Source: Bacteroidales bacterium (GTDB taxonomy: Bacteria; Bacteroidota; Bacteroidia; Bacteroidales; DTGW01). Taken from it: DNA of 62,024 nt. The stretch spans positions 1 through 62,024 of the forward strand of contig JAOAFU010000206.1 in assembly GCA_026416115.1 (NCBI GenBank), read 5' to 3'. This document shows, in pieces, positions 1 through 10,063 of this stretch (the stretch's first letter is position 1; the number at the start of each line of letters is the position of its first letter). Below the pieces are notes generated by a model, which ran no database searches, had not been told where the DNA came from, and saw only the letters and a list, made by a program, of their open reading frames with translations. Both the position numbers and the translations under genes were made by a program.

Positions 1-138
1 ATCGACCAGATTAGATTTGGAAAATATGGTCAACCAAGCTGGGAAATGCCTGGTAGCGATAAGAATATGGAGATTTTCCCCATACCAGCCAAAGCCTTAC
101 AAGCTAACTCTAAATTGGTTCAGAATCCTGGATATTAA
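1..138 (+). CDS. SusD/RagB-family outer-membrane nutrient-binding lipoprotein, C-terminal fragment (5' end lies outside the window)
   Basis: Frame 1 is open from base 1 to the TAA at 136-138. The translation IDQIRFGKYGQPSWEMPGSDKNMEIFPIPAKALQANSKLVQNPGY has the FPIP...QNPGY tail typical of SusD-like proteins. Glycoside hydrolase genes follow. Confidence 0.6.
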   Translation: MDQIRFGKYGQPSWEMPGSDKNMEIFPIPAKALQANSKLVQNPGY

Positions 139-210
139 TAAATATAAAAATGGCTGCAATCTTATCATACCGGTTTTTGGTTAGTAGTTAGTAGTTGGAC
201 GAGGGAAAGT

Positions 211-241
211 GTCGGACAGATTACTTCTGTCCGGCATTTTT
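211..241 (+). terminator. Rho-independent terminator after the SusD-like gene
   Basis: GTCGGACAG (211-219) pairs with CTGTCCGGC (227-235) with one G-U wobble. The loop is 7 nt and the stem is followed by ATTTTT. Confidence 0.6.
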
Positions 242-289
242 CAATTGAAAATTTAAGCTTAAATGGGCCAATTATAAAATTTCTAAAGT

Positions 290-1537
290 ATGAATAGGAA
301 CCTTATCAAAGTCATTGCCTTTGCAAGCTTGTTTTTTGCTACTTTATTCATTTTATCATGTTCAAAAAACGACTCACCTGGACAATCCACTAGCGTTCAG
401 ATTTTAAAGCCTGTTGCTGTACCGAAAACCAACGATATTAAAATATATGTTCATTACATGCCTTGGTTCGAAACCCCTTCATCATCGACCGATGGTAAGT
501 GGGGAATACATTGGAGAATGTCGAACTGTAACCCCGATGTAACCGATTCAAGTGGTCGCAGGCAAATAGCTTCGTGGTTTTACCCACTTATTGGCCCTTA
601 TGCTACTTCCGATAGAGATGTTATTGAATATCATCTCCTGTTGATGAAATATGCTGGTATCGATGGTATTCTTTTTGACTGGTATGGTTCTAATAATTTA
701 TACGATTATCCCGATATTCTGAAAAATACTGAATCGGTAATTGATTTTATTGCTAAAGTCGGACTTTCTTTTGGTATAGTGTACGAAGATCGTACTGTAA
801 AAGCTGCTATCGAGGCCAATCCAGAGGAGGATGGTATTTTTCTGGCTCAACAAGATATGGGTTATATCGAAAAAAATTATTTTTCTTCCAGTAATTATAT
901 CAATATTGATAACCGTCCGCTTTTAATGCTTTTTGGTCCAGAATATTTTCATTCTGCAAATCAATGGAGTGAGATTTTTACTGCCTTTACTAAAAAACCT
1001 ATTTTTTTAGTTTTAAATGGAAAATCTTTAGAGGTCGGTAGTAACTCGTCGGGCGAATATTTGTGGGTCGATGCATCGGACGTTAATGATAAGTACAAGC
1101 GTCTTAAAACTTTTTCCTATTGGATGGCAGGTGCGTATCCTGGATTCAAAGATTATTATAAAGAAGGTGGCTGGGGATCGGGTATAGGCTTTACCTATGA
1201 CTACGAGAATGGCAATTTGTTTCAGAGTTTACTTAATAAAGCTACCGATAATAAAGCCAAATATCTCCAGCTGATTACCTGGAACGACTTTGGAGAAGGA
1301 ACCATGATAGAACCAACTGTTGAGTTCGGCTTTACTTTTCTCGAGTTATTGCAAGCTTTTTCTGGAGTGACTTATAATAAAAACGAACTTCAACTCATTC
1401 ATCGTCTTTATTTACTCCGCAAAAAAATGGCAACTAATACAGAAGCTCAAAAAAAGCTCAATCAGGCATTTTATTATTTAGTTGCACTAAAAGTAGAGGA
1501 TGCAAAAAAAATAATTGAAACACTCGAATCTAAATAA
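290..1537 (+). CDS. Putative glycoside hydrolase lipoprotein with a GH99/GH71-like TIM-barrel pattern; family not resolved
   Basis: The lipoprotein signal ends LFILSCS. The motifs YVHYMPWFE, IASWFYPLIGPYATSD, AGIDGILFDWYG and ITWNDFGEGTMIEP resemble the GH99/GH71-type fold. The gene sits between a SusD-like gene and GH13/GH97 genes. Confidence 0.5.
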   Translation: MNRNLIKVIAFASLFFATLFILSCSKNDSPGQSTSVQILKPVAVPKTNDIKIYVHYMPWFETPSSSTDGKWGIHWRMSNCNPDVTDSSGRRQIASWFYPLIGPYATSDRDVIEYHLLLMKYAGIDGILFDWYGSNNLYDYPDILKNTESVIDFIAKVGLSFGIVYEDRTVKAAIEANPEEDGIFLAQQDMGYIEKNYFSSSNYINIDNRPLLMLFGPEYFHSANQWSEIFTAFTKKPIFLVLNGKSLEVGSNSSGEYLWVDASDVNDKYKRLKTFSYWMAGAYPGFKDYYKEGGWGSGIGFTYDYENGNLFQSLLNKATDNKAKYLQLITWNDFGEGTMIEPTVEFGFTFLELLQAFSGVTYNKNELQLIHRLYLLRKKMATNTEAQKKLNQAFYYLVALKVEDAKKIIETLESK

Positions 1538-1547
1538 CAAAGCAGAT

Positions 1548-2945
1548 ATGAAAAACGAAAACTTTATTAAGAATTTTTTGCGGTTGTGTTTTGTAGGTGC
1601 ATTTATTCTAATAATGGCTTGTGAAGATAAGCAGGAACCTTCTAATGTACCTACTAAACCCGATACTACGATTGCAAGTGTCGACACTTTTTCACCAGCT
1701 CCGATCGAAAAACTTGTATTTTATGAAATTAACCTAAGAAGTTTTGGGCCAGGTTGCAATCTTAAAGAAGTAGAAAAACAACTCGACTCAATCCAAGCAT
1801 TGGGAGTAAATGTAATATGGTTAATGCCAATCTTTCCTATTGGTGAAGAAAAAAGAGTTGGTGAGCTTGGTTCGCCTTATAGTGTTAAGGATTATACCGA
1901 TGTCAATCCTGAATTTGGAACCTTTAACGATTTAAAAAACCTTGTTAGAGCTGCTCACAAAAAAAATATTGCAGTTATTCTCGATTGGGTTGCAAATCAT
2001 ACCGCATGGGATAATGCGTGGATTAGTAATACAGATTGGTATTCCCAGGATGCTAATGGAAATATTATCAGTCCTCCAGGTACCAATTGGGCCGATGTGG
2101 CCGACCTGAACTATAATAATGCTCAAATGCGGATCGAAATGATCAAAGCGATGAAATTTTGGGTAACTCAAGCCAATATCGACGGTTTTAGATGCGATGC
2201 AGCTGATTTTGTTCCATATAGTTTTTGGCGACAGGCTATCGATTCGCTTAACAAAATAGGTAAAAAGCTCATTCTTCTCGCAGAAGGCTCGCGTAACGAT
2301 CATTTTACTGCAGGGTTTCAGTTGACTTATGCCTGGGATTTTTATGGCAAGCTAGTTAATATCTTTAGTAAAAATGAAGCTGCTTCAGGAATTTTTTCTA
2401 CCCATACTTCAGAATACAGTAGTGTTCCTGTAGGAAAGCATAAACTTCGTTATATTACTAATCACGATGAGTATGCCTGGACTGCTTCACCAGTTACGCA
2501 ATATGGCAGTAAAGAGGGTTCGTTGGCTGCTTTTGTCATTACAGCTTTTATGAGTAAAGTCCCACTGATCTATGCGGGTCAGGAATTGGCTGTGCCCAAT
2601 ACTATTCCTTTCTTTTCGGTTTATCCGCTCGACTGGCAAATGAACTATGCAATAAAAAGCCAGTATCGACGGCTTATGAAAATTAGGAAAGAAATGAAGG
2701 TTTCGGATAAAAAAATGGTCGCTTTGAATGCTGATGCAAAAGTTGTTGCCTTTAAGCTTACTGATACAAACAACGCTAAGGACTCGAGCCTTATAGTTAT
2801 AGTCAATTGTCGAAATAGTCAGGTAAGTTACATACTTAATGCCGATGTGCCCAGGGCAGTTAAGAATCTTATTACAGGGAATAACGAAGAGTTACCCGAT
2901 GAAATAACATTAAAACCATATGATTATAGAATCTATGCTTATTAA
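1548..2945 (+). CDS. Alpha-amylase family (GH13) lipoprotein
   Basis: GH13 conserved regions are present: ILDWVANHTA, DGFRCDAADFV, LLAEG and YITNHDE. The lipobox is LIMAC. I chose the ATG at 1548 because it lies just after the upstream stop at 1537. Confidence 0.9.
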   Translation: MKNENFIKNFLRLCFVGAFILIMACEDKQEPSNVPTKPDTTIASVDTFSPAPIEKLVFYEINLRSFGPGCNLKEVEKQLDSIQALGVNVIWLMPIFPIGEEKRVGELGSPYSVKDYTDVNPEFGTFNDLKNLVRAAHKKNIAVILDWVANHTAWDNAWISNTDWYSQDANGNIISPPGTNWADVADLNYNNAQMRIEMIKAMKFWVTQANIDGFRCDAADFVPYSFWRQAIDSLNKIGKKLILLAEGSRNDHFTAGFQLTYAWDFYGKLVNIFSKNEAASGIFSTHTSEYSSVPVGKHKLRYITNHDEYAWTASPVTQYGSKEGSLAAFVITAFMSKVPLIYAGQELAVPNTIPFFSVYPLDWQMNYAIKSQYRRLMKIRKEMKVSDKKMVALNADAKVVAFKLTDTNNAKDSSLIVIVNCRNSQVSYILNADVPRAVKNLITGNNEELPDEITLKPYDYRIYAY

Positions 2946-3003
2946 GTAAAGGTATAACAATAATTAGACAACATTACTTTATTAATCACTAAATTTTGGG
3001 TAT

Positions 3004-5013
3004 ATGAAAGTGTCGAATAGTTTCATAATAGGGATATTATTGTCTGTTCTAAATATCCCTGTTTTTTCGCAAAAATCAGATAATCTGGTAGTTACATCTC
3101 CGGATAAATCAATTTCGGTAACAGTCAAGTTACAGAAAGGTAAATTGTATTATCAGATTGCTAAAGATAATAAGGTTATTATTGCACCATCTTCTTTGGG
3201 ATTAAAGTTCAAAAATATTCCCCACATGATTGGCGATTTTAGCTTGGTAGGAAAAAATATTTCATCGTTCGATAATACATGGGAGCAGCCATGGGGAGAA
3301 CAACGATGGGTTCGTAATAATTACAACGAACTATCTATCAGTTTGAAAGATAAGCTAAAAAGGGAAATGCAAATAGTTTTTCGAGTTTTTAACGATGGGG
3401 TTGGCTTTCGTTATCAAATACCTGCTCAGCCTTCTCTCGATAGCTTGATTATCATGGATGAAACTACCGAATTTAACTTTACCCAAGACGAAAAAGCCTG
3501 GTGGATACCTGTTCACCGCGAAAATAGTTATTACGAAAGTATATACAGACTTACATCAATTAGTAATATCGATACAGCCAATACCCCCATAACATTTGAA
3601 CTACAAAATGGATTGTATTTGGCAATTCACGAAGCCAATCTTACGGATTATGCTTCCATGACCCTTGAAAAAAAGAAAGAAGGACATGGTTTCATCTCAT
3701 GTCTTATCCCTTGGTCAAATGGTGTTAAGGTATATGCTAAAGCGCCTATGAGTTCACCCTGGAGAATTTTCATTATTGGTCGGACACCTGGCGAACTTGC
3801 AACTTCTACTCTTATGCTTAATTTGAACGAACCATGTGTGTTATCCGATATTTCGTGGGTAAAACCATCGAAATATATAGGTATTTGGTGGGGAATGCAC
3901 CTGGGCACCTACACTTGGTCGCAAGGTCCTAATCATGGCGCTACAACAGCTAATACCTTAAGGTATATCGATTTTGCAGCTAAGCATGGTTTTGATGGAG
4001 TTCTAGTAGAAGGATGGAATTATGGGTGGGACGGAAACTGGTACGAAAATGGTAATACTTTTAGTTTTACTAAACCTTATCCCGATTTCGATTTGGAGTA
4101 TTTAGCCCAGTATGCACGTTCGAAAAATATTCAACTTATTGGTCATCACGAAACCGGAGGTGCTGTTTCGAATTACGAACGACAAATGGAAGAGGCTTTT
4201 CAGTTGTACAACCGTTTGGGTATACGGTATGTCAAAACAGGATATGTAAATAAGTATCTCGATGGTAAGGAATGGCACGATGGCCAGTATGGAGTTCGAC
4301 ATTATCGTAAAGTGGTAGAGCTCGCCGCAAAATACCAGATAAACATTGATAACCATGAACCCATTAAGCCAACGGGTCTTTGTCGAACCTATCCAAATCT
4401 AATGACCCAAGAGGGTGGAAGAGGGCAGGAGTACGATGCATGGTCGCCCGATGGTGGAAATCCTCCTTCGCATACAACAACTCTGCCATTTACTCGTATG
4501 TTGGCAGGACCATTCGATTTTACCCCAGGAACCTTCAATTTCAGTAATCCTGCTAATCCAAAAACACGAGTACAAACAACTTTAGCCAAGCAATTAGCCC
4601 TATTTGTGGTTATTTATAGCCCGCTTCAAATGGCCTCTGACTTACCCGAAAACTATGAAGGAAAACCGGCTTTTGAGTTTATCAAACGAGTACCATGTGA
4701 TTGGGAAATAACTCTCGTGCCTCAGGCTAAAATTGGCGAATATGTTGTTACTGTTCGCAAAGACCGTAATTCCGACAATTGGTATGTTGGTGCAATAACC
4801 AATGAATTAGCACGTGAACTTAAACTTAAGTTAGATTTTCTTAATCCCAATTCGCAATATAAGGCTCACATTTACATTGACGGTGAAAATGCTAACTGGC
4901 AAGACAATCCCTACGATATTAAAATATTTACTATACCTGTTAAAGCTGGAGATGAACTTCCATTAAGGCTCGCGGCAGGTGGTGGAGCTGCTATCGAAAT
5001 TGTAAAGCAATAA
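3004..5013 (+). CDS. GH97 alpha-glucosidase (SusB-like)
   Basis: The protein is 669 aa with a signal peptide. GH97 hallmarks include GHHETGG, YVKTGY, NIDNHEPIKPTGLCRTYPNLMTQEGGRGQEY and PFTRMLAGPFDFTPG. Confidence 0.9.
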   Translation: MKVSNSFIIGILLSVLNIPVFSQKSDNLVVTSPDKSISVTVKLQKGKLYYQIAKDNKVIIAPSSLGLKFKNIPHMIGDFSLVGKNISSFDNTWEQPWGEQRWVRNNYNELSISLKDKLKREMQIVFRVFNDGVGFRYQIPAQPSLDSLIIMDETTEFNFTQDEKAWWIPVHRENSYYESIYRLTSISNIDTANTPITFELQNGLYLAIHEANLTDYASMTLEKKKEGHGFISCLIPWSNGVKVYAKAPMSSPWRIFIIGRTPGELATSTLMLNLNEPCVLSDISWVKPSKYIGIWWGMHLGTYTWSQGPNHGATTANTLRYIDFAAKHGFDGVLVEGWNYGWDGNWYENGNTFSFTKPYPDFDLEYLAQYARSKNIQLIGHHETGGAVSNYERQMEEAFQLYNRLGIRYVKTGYVNKYLDGKEWHDGQYGVRHYRKVVELAAKYQINIDNHEPIKPTGLCRTYPNLMTQEGGRGQEYDAWSPDGGNPPSHTTTLPFTRMLAGPFDFTPGTFNFSNPANPKTRVQTTLAKQLALFVVIYSPLQMASDLPENYEGKPAFEFIKRVPCDWEITLVPQAKIGEYVVTVRKDRNSDNWYVGAITNELARELKLKLDFLNPNSQYKAHIYIDGENANWQDNPYDIKIFTIPVKAGDELPLRLAAGGGAAIEIVKQ

Positions 5014-5034
5014 TAATTTATTATGATATATGCG

Positions 5035-5069
5035 AAAAGGCGCCAATCCTGGTGCCTTTTTCTTTTTTT
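5035..5069 (+). terminator. Rho-independent terminator ending the glycan-utilisation genes
   Basis: AAAAGGCGCC (5035-5044) pairs with GGTGCCTTTT (5051-5060) with one wobble. The loop is 6 nt and a T-rich run TCTTTTTTT follows. Confidence 0.7.
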
Positions 5070-5302
5070 GTATAGCTCTTTCTAATTTTTATTAATAATT
5101 ATATCAGCAAAGTAATCTAAAAGGATTATCGTGTTTATGGGTTATCCCATAAGTTTAGACAACTTCCATTTTATTTTGGTTTTAATGTATTATCCTCCTA
5201 ATCTTTATTGAGGTAGACAATAGCAAAATCTGAATCAAATGCAAAAAGACCATTTACTTTTGAAATTCTCTAAAAATTTACAGAATTAATCGTGCGCAAG
5301 TG

Positions 5303-5310
5303 TATCTTTG
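5303..5310 (+). promoter_or_regulatory. Bacteroidota-type -7 promoter box (TAnnTTTG) for dxr
   Basis: TATCTTTG lies 15 nt upstream of the ATG at 5325. It sits inside the GTG-extended ORF of the track, which argues for the shorter dxr start. Confidence 0.45.
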
Positions 5311-5324
5311 CAAATATTGGTTAT

Positions 5325-6485
5325 ATGGATATGGCTGAAAAAAAACATATTGCAATATTAGGTTCAACAGGATCTATAGGGACTCAAGCTCTTGAAGTAA
5401 TAGAGGAACATTCCGATTTATTCGAGGTCGAAACATTAACAGCCTACAATAATGCCGATTTATTGATAAAGCAAGCCTACAAATTTGTTCCGAATCAAGT
5501 TGTTATTGTTAACGAGGAACATTATCAGTATGTAAAGGAGGCTCTGGCACATTATCCTATTAAAGTATTTGCCGGAATGAAGTCGTTGGTGGAGGTTGTT
5601 AGCATGCCATCTGTCGATATTGTTTTGGCTGCCATGGTTGGGTATGCAGGTTTAGCTCCAACTATTGCTGCAATAAAGGCAGGAAAAACAATTGCTTTAG
5701 CCAATAAAGAAACGTTGGTAGTTGCAGGTGAATTAATTACTCGTTTGGCTCTCCAGCATAATGTAAATATCTATCCAGTCGATTCTGAACATTCTGCCAT
5801 ATTTCAGTGTTTAGCTGGAGAAATGCATAATCCAATCGAAAAAATTATTCTTACAGCATCGGGAGGTCCTTTTCGTGGATGGTCAAAGGAAAAATTAAAA
5901 AATGTGACTCCTGGTGAAGCTTTAAAACATCCCAACTGGTGCATGGGAAATAAGATTACTATCGACTCGGCAACTCTTATGAATAAAGGCTTTGAAGCTA
6001 TTGAGGCTAAGTGGTTGTTCAACCTTGAACCTTCGCAGATCGAAGTCCTTATTCATCCACAATCGATTATTCATTCGATGGTTCAATTTAAAGATGGGAG
6101 CATAAAGGCACAGTTAGGAGTCCCCGATATGCGATTACCTATTCAATATGCGTTAACATATCCTTATCGAGTAAATTCCAACTTTCCAAGACTTAATTTC
6201 TCCGAATTTACTCAATTTACATTCGAAAAGCCCGATACAAGTGTATTTCGAAATCTTGCCTTCGCATACGACGCAATGAGCAGAGGAGGAAATATTCCAT
6301 GTGCACTCAATGCTGCTAATGAAGTAGTGGTTCATGCTTTTCTTTGCGAACAGATAGGCTTTCTCGAAATGTCTGACATTATTGAACAAACAATTGCCAA
6401 AACAGCATATTATCAATGTAACACTCTCGAAGACTACGAAGAAACCGATCGATGGGCTCGTGATTTTGCTAATAGTTTAATTTAA
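5325..6485 (+). CDS. dxr: 1-deoxy-D-xylulose 5-phosphate reductoisomerase
   Basis: The NADPH-binding motif ILGSTGSIGTQAL is present, along with LANKE, DSEHSAIFQC, LTASGGPFR and NKGFEAIEA. The start could be 5325 or 5331. Confidence 0.93.
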   Translation: MDMAEKKHIAILGSTGSIGTQALEVIEEHSDLFEVETLTAYNNADLLIKQAYKFVPNQVVIVNEEHYQYVKEALAHYPIKVFAGMKSLVEVVSMPSVDIVLAAMVGYAGLAPTIAAIKAGKTIALANKETLVVAGELITRLALQHNVNIYPVDSEHSAIFQCLAGEMHNPIEKIILTASGGPFRGWSKEKLKNVTPGEALKHPNWCMGNKITIDSATLMNKGFEAIEAKWLFNLEPSQIEVLIHPQSIIHSMVQFKDGSIKAQLGVPDMRLPIQYALTYPYRVNSNFPRLNFSEFTQFTFEKPDTSVFRNLAFAYDAMSRGGNIPCALNAANEVVVHAFLCEQIGFLEMSDIIEQTIAKTAYYQCNTLEDYEETDRWARDFANSLI

Positions 6486-6497
6486 TCTTTTTAAGAT

Positions 6498-7820
6498 ATG
6501 GAAATTCTGGTTAAAATTGGTCAATTTTTACTCTCTTTATCAATTCTGATAATATTACACGAATTTGGTCATTTCTTCTTCGCTCGTTTATTTAAAACTA
6601 GGGTTGAGAAGTTTTATTTATTTTTTAACCCATGGTTCTCGTTGTTTAAATTTAAAAAAGGTGAGACCGAATATGGTATTGGCTGGATACCGTTGGGGGG
6701 ATATGTAAAAATATCGGGCATGATAGACGAAAGTATGGATGTTGAGCAAATGAAACAACCTCCGCAACCTTATGAATTTCGTTCAAAACCCTCATGGCAG
6801 AGACTTCTTATCATGTTAGGGGGTGTTTTAGTAAATTTCATATTAGCTTTAGTAATATACATAGGTGTGCTTTATACTTGGGGAGAAGAATATCTACCAA
6901 CCTCAGAAGTGAAATATGGTATTGCTGTCGATTCACTCGGTTACCAGGTGGGTTTTAGGTCGGGAGATAAAATTATTTCGGTCGATAATAAGCCTGTTGA
7001 CAACTTTTTTAAGATTATACCCACCATTGTTCTTGAGGAAGCTAAAACAGTTCAGGTTCTGCGCGATACTCAAGTAGTTAATGTTGAACTTCCCGATCAT
7101 ATCACCCATGCTCTAATTCGAAAGAAAGAACTTTTTACTGTTAGAATACCCTTTATAGTTGGTGGTTTTACCAAAGAATCGGTTGCAAAGCAGGCTGGTT
7201 TTCAAGTGGGCGATAAGATGCTAAAAATTAATGGTCAAGAGGCTATATATTTCGACCAATTTCGTAGTATTTTGTCGCAACACAAAAACGATACCATATT
7301 AGTTACTGTCGAACGAAGTGGCCAGCATCTTGATATTAAGGTAAAAGTTCCTGAAACTGGCCTTTTAGGCATTTATCCCGATGGTAATTTATCTAAATTC
7401 TTTATTTTTAAGCACATAGAGTATGGTTTTTTTGAGTCAATACCAGCAGGTATTTCGAAAGGTTTTAATACTTTAGGCAGCTACATCAAGCAGTTTAAAC
7501 TTGTTTTTTCTCCAACGGCAAAAGGATACGAGTCGTTAGGAGGATTCATTACCATGGGAAGTATCTTCCCTGGCACATGGGATTGGCAAGCATTCTGGTC
7601 GCTTACAGCGTTTCTTTCTATTATTCTCGCTTTTATGAATATATTGCCAATTCCTGCGCTTGATGGGGGGCATATTATGTTCCTCCTGTATGAGATGATC
7701 ACCGGTCGTAAACCTAGCGATAAGTTTTTGGAAAGAGCTCAAATGATCGGATTGGCAATTCTGTTTGCTTTACTTATTTACGCAAATCTTAACGATGTCA
7801 TCAGGCTTTTTTCAAAGTAG
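6498..7820 (+). CDS. rseP: RIP (site-2) zinc metalloprotease RseP, M50 family
   Basis: HEFGH zinc motif at the N-terminus, central PDZ-like regions, and a C-terminal NILPIPALDGGH motif. The dxr-rseP adjacency is widely conserved. Confidence 0.9.
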   Translation: MEILVKIGQFLLSLSILIILHEFGHFFFARLFKTRVEKFYLFFNPWFSLFKFKKGETEYGIGWIPLGGYVKISGMIDESMDVEQMKQPPQPYEFRSKPSWQRLLIMLGGVLVNFILALVIYIGVLYTWGEEYLPTSEVKYGIAVDSLGYQVGFRSGDKIISVDNKPVDNFFKIIPTIVLEEAKTVQVLRDTQVVNVELPDHITHALIRKKELFTVRIPFIVGGFTKESVAKQAGFQVGDKMLKINGQEAIYFDQFRSILSQHKNDTILVTVERSGQHLDIKVKVPETGLLGIYPDGNLSKFFIFKHIEYGFFESIPAGISKGFNTLGSYIKQFKLVFSPTAKGYESLGGFITMGSIFPGTWDWQAFWSLTAFLSIILAFMNILPIPALDGGHIMFLLYEMITGRKPSDKFLERAQMIGLAILFALLIYANLNDVIRLFSK

Positions 7821-7859
7821 GGTTTTGATATTTTAACTATTTTCATAAGGACTTATTTG

Positions 7860-7867
7860 TACATTTG
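7860..7867 (+). promoter_or_regulatory. Candidate -7 promoter box (TAnnTTTG) for tatA
   Basis: TACATTTG lies 22 nt upstream of the tatA ATG. Confidence 0.4.
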
Positions 7868-7889
7868 CTAAAAATTAAAATAAAATATC

Positions 7890-8096
7890 ATGTATTCAAT
7901 GGTGTTATTAGGCTCGATAGGAGCCACAGAAATTATCCTAATCGTTTTAGCTTTGCTAATTCTTTTTGGAGGCAAGAAAATACCTGAACTCATGCGCGGC
8001 TTAGGGCAAGGTTTACACGAATTTAAGAAGGCTAGTCAGGGAAATGATGCAAATAAAAACGATTCAAAGGATACTCAAAAGGAACTAAAGAACTAA
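7890..8096 (+). CDS. tatA: Twin-arginine translocase subunit TatA/E
   Basis: The 68-aa protein has a single TM helix followed by an amphipathic helix: [38 protein letters not shown]. Confidence 0.85.
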   Translation: MYSMVLLGSIGATEIILIVLALLILFGGKKIPELMRGLGQGLHEFKKASQGNDANKNDSKDTQKELKN

Positions 8097-8125
8097 TTTT
8101 AATTTCGAAAAAGAAAGCAAAGACG

Positions 8126-9469
8126 ATGCTTTTTCGACTTTTAGAGATGTGGCTGCGGAGATGTCCGGAGAGATATTATTATAGCCTATTCCTTTGGTTT
8201 TTTGTTTTTTTTAGTTCCTATCAACTAATAAATGCTCAGGTAAAGAAGTTTCCTCCTTTGTACTATGAGTATCGTATTGAAGAGTTAAGCAAAACTACTC
8301 CCATTCGACTCGATTATAATGCCGACGTACAAAAGTATATCGACCTTTACCTTGATACAAGGGCAGAAAAGCTATCGAGATATCTAACCCTAAAAGACAG
8401 ATACTTTCCAATCTTTGAGGCGGCACTTGATAGGTACGATTTACCTCTCGAACTTAAGTATTTACCTATAGTTGAATCGGGTCTCGATCCCTTAGCTCGT
8501 TCATCTTCTGGCGCCATGGGCTTGTGGCAATTGCTTTACCCTTCGGCCAAACTTCTGGGTCTAAACATAACATCTTATAAAGACGAACGATGTGATGTGT
8601 ATTTGTCGACCGATGCTGCCTGTCGATATCTTAAATATCTATACTCGTTGTTTAACGACTGGCAGCTTGTTTTGGCTGCTTATAACGGAGGTCCAGGTGA
8701 AGTACGAAATGCCATTGCTCGTTCGGGTGGGAAAACAAATTTTTGGGAATTGCAACCATTCTTGCCCGAGCAAACCCGCTGGTATGTTCCTGCATTTATT
8801 GCTGTATTTTATTTAATGAACAATGCTGCCGCTCACGGCATATATCCTGCATCTTTCTCTTTTCCTTCAATCGATACTCTTAAAATTACACAAGCCGCTC
8901 AGTTTTCCAAAATTGCGGCGAAAATAGATATTTCTATTGAACAGTTACGCGAACTGAATCCTGCATATCGAAAAGATTTTATTCCTTCTTCCGATTCACC
9001 CCAAATTCTCGTATTACCCTCCGATAAAATTCTTACCTTTTTAAAGTACGAATATCAAATTTATGCGCTCTCCGATACCAGTGGAAATTTTCGTAATGCA
9101 AAAACATTTACCGATACTGTCGGAAAAAAAATGACTGAATATATTGTCAAACCTGGCGATTTCCTACATAAAATTGCATTGGAGCAAGGGTGTTCGCCAG
9201 AAAGTATTAAGCAATGGAATGGATTATCGAACGATCAGTTAAAAGTTGGCCAACGTCTTAAGTTATGGGTGAGCCCTCAAATGGCTATGAATAATGTTAA
9301 GGAAAAATATTTTTATTATACAGTTAAAAAAGGAGATACGCTTTATTCAATTGCCGAAAAGTTCCGATGCGATTCTATCAACGATATTAAACTTGTCAAC
9401 AACATTACCGACGAACGTTCGCTTAAGGTTGGGCAGATTTTAAAAATAAGAATTGTAACTGTCGACTAA
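8126..9469 (+). CDS. Lytic murein transglycosylase (SLT domain) with two C-terminal LysM domains, MltD-like
   Basis: SLT catalytic region IVESGLDPLARSSSGAMGLWQL and AAYNGGPG. Two LysM repeats: YIVKPGDFLHKIA and YTVKKGDTLYSIA. Confidence 0.85.
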   Translation: MLFRLLEMWLRRCPERYYYSLFLWFFVFFSSYQLINAQVKKFPPLYYEYRIEELSKTTPIRLDYNADVQKYIDLYLDTRAEKLSRYLTLKDRYFPIFEAALDRYDLPLELKYLPIVESGLDPLARSSSGAMGLWQLLYPSAKLLGLNITSYKDERCDVYLSTDAACRYLKYLYSLFNDWQLVLAAYNGGPGEVRNAIARSGGKTNFWELQPFLPEQTRWYVPAFIAVFYLMNNAAAHGIYPASFSFPSIDTLKITQAAQFSKIAAKIDISIEQLRELNPAYRKDFIPSSDSPQILVLPSDKILTFLKYEYQIYALSDTSGNFRNAKTFTDTVGKKMTEYIVKPGDFLHKIALEQGCSPESIKQWNGLSNDQLKVGQRLKLWVSPQMAMNNVKEKYFYYTVKKGDTLYSIAEKFRCDSINDIKLVNNITDERSLKVGQILKIRIVTVD

Positions 9470-9475
9470 TCAATA

Positions 9476-9934
9476 TTAAAGTAGGTTTTCAATCACTTGC
9501 TCAAGATAATGAGACTCATAACCTCGACGGTACCCAAATTGCATGAGCTTTTGTTTTATTATGAAAGGATTTAATGAGGTGTCTATACTTTTTAATTTTT
9601 TTCGTATTTCCTCTTCTATAATTTGAAGATAACTCTCATCAGGATAACTTTCTAATGCTGTTTGAATGATTGTTGAGTTAATACTTTTCGATTGCAGTGC
9701 GTAGCGGATTTTGATTTTTCCCCATCGCTCGAAACGTATCTTGTCGTTAACAAATGCCTTGGCATATCTAAGTTCATCAATAAATCCTTCTTTTTCTAAC
9801 AACTGCACCAAAGCATTTTTTTCATTTTCGGTAAGCTTTGTAATTTGAAGTTTTTTCAAAACGTCGCTTTTGCATCTTTCAGACTTGGTACAATATTTAA
9901 TGAGATTATCTCGAATGCTTTCTATATTATTCAT
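9476..9934 (-). CDS. recX: RecX-family regulatory protein
   Basis: The 152-aa helical-repeat protein has the RecX-like pattern: YCTKSERCKSDVLKKL, EGFIDELRYAKAFVNDK and WGKIKIRYAL. Confidence 0.7.
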   Translation of the reverse strand: MNNIESIRDNLIKYCTKSERCKSDVLKKLQITKLTENEKNALVQLLEKEGFIDELRYAKAFVNDKIRFERWGKIKIRYALQSKSINSTIIQTALESYPDESYLQIIEEEIRKKLKSIDTSLNPFIIKQKLMQFGYRRGYESHYLEQVIENLL

Positions 9935-10063
9935 AATAAAATATTATACAATAAAGATAACGAAATTGCAGTAGATATTATGATATTCATGACTTCAATT
10001 TCGGTTTATCCTTTATTTTGTAAAGAAATAGATTTTTTGTTTTGATAAATACGGCAGTAGAGA

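Noticed and set aside
5292-5324. Several track ORFs carry N-terminal extensions: dxr from GTG 5292, yebC from 43505, the Tyr-rich gene from GTG 45938, the small ORF from 50397, the Ig-repeat gene from 11854, hisH from TTG 56694, hisD from TTG 61081 and hisC from 59826.
   Set aside because: In each case a downstream ATG gives a canonical N-terminus or signal peptide. In four cases a TAnnTTTG promoter box or the upstream gene's stop lies inside the extension. I therefore used the shorter starts.
9467-9478. Three converging gene pairs have stops exactly 6 nt apart (9469/9476, 23307/23314 and 48645/48652). I considered a shared motif or a bidirectional signal.
   Set aside because: The three hexamers (TCAATA, GTTTAT, TGGGAT) and their flanks are unrelated and form no hairpins. 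This most likely reflects genome compaction.
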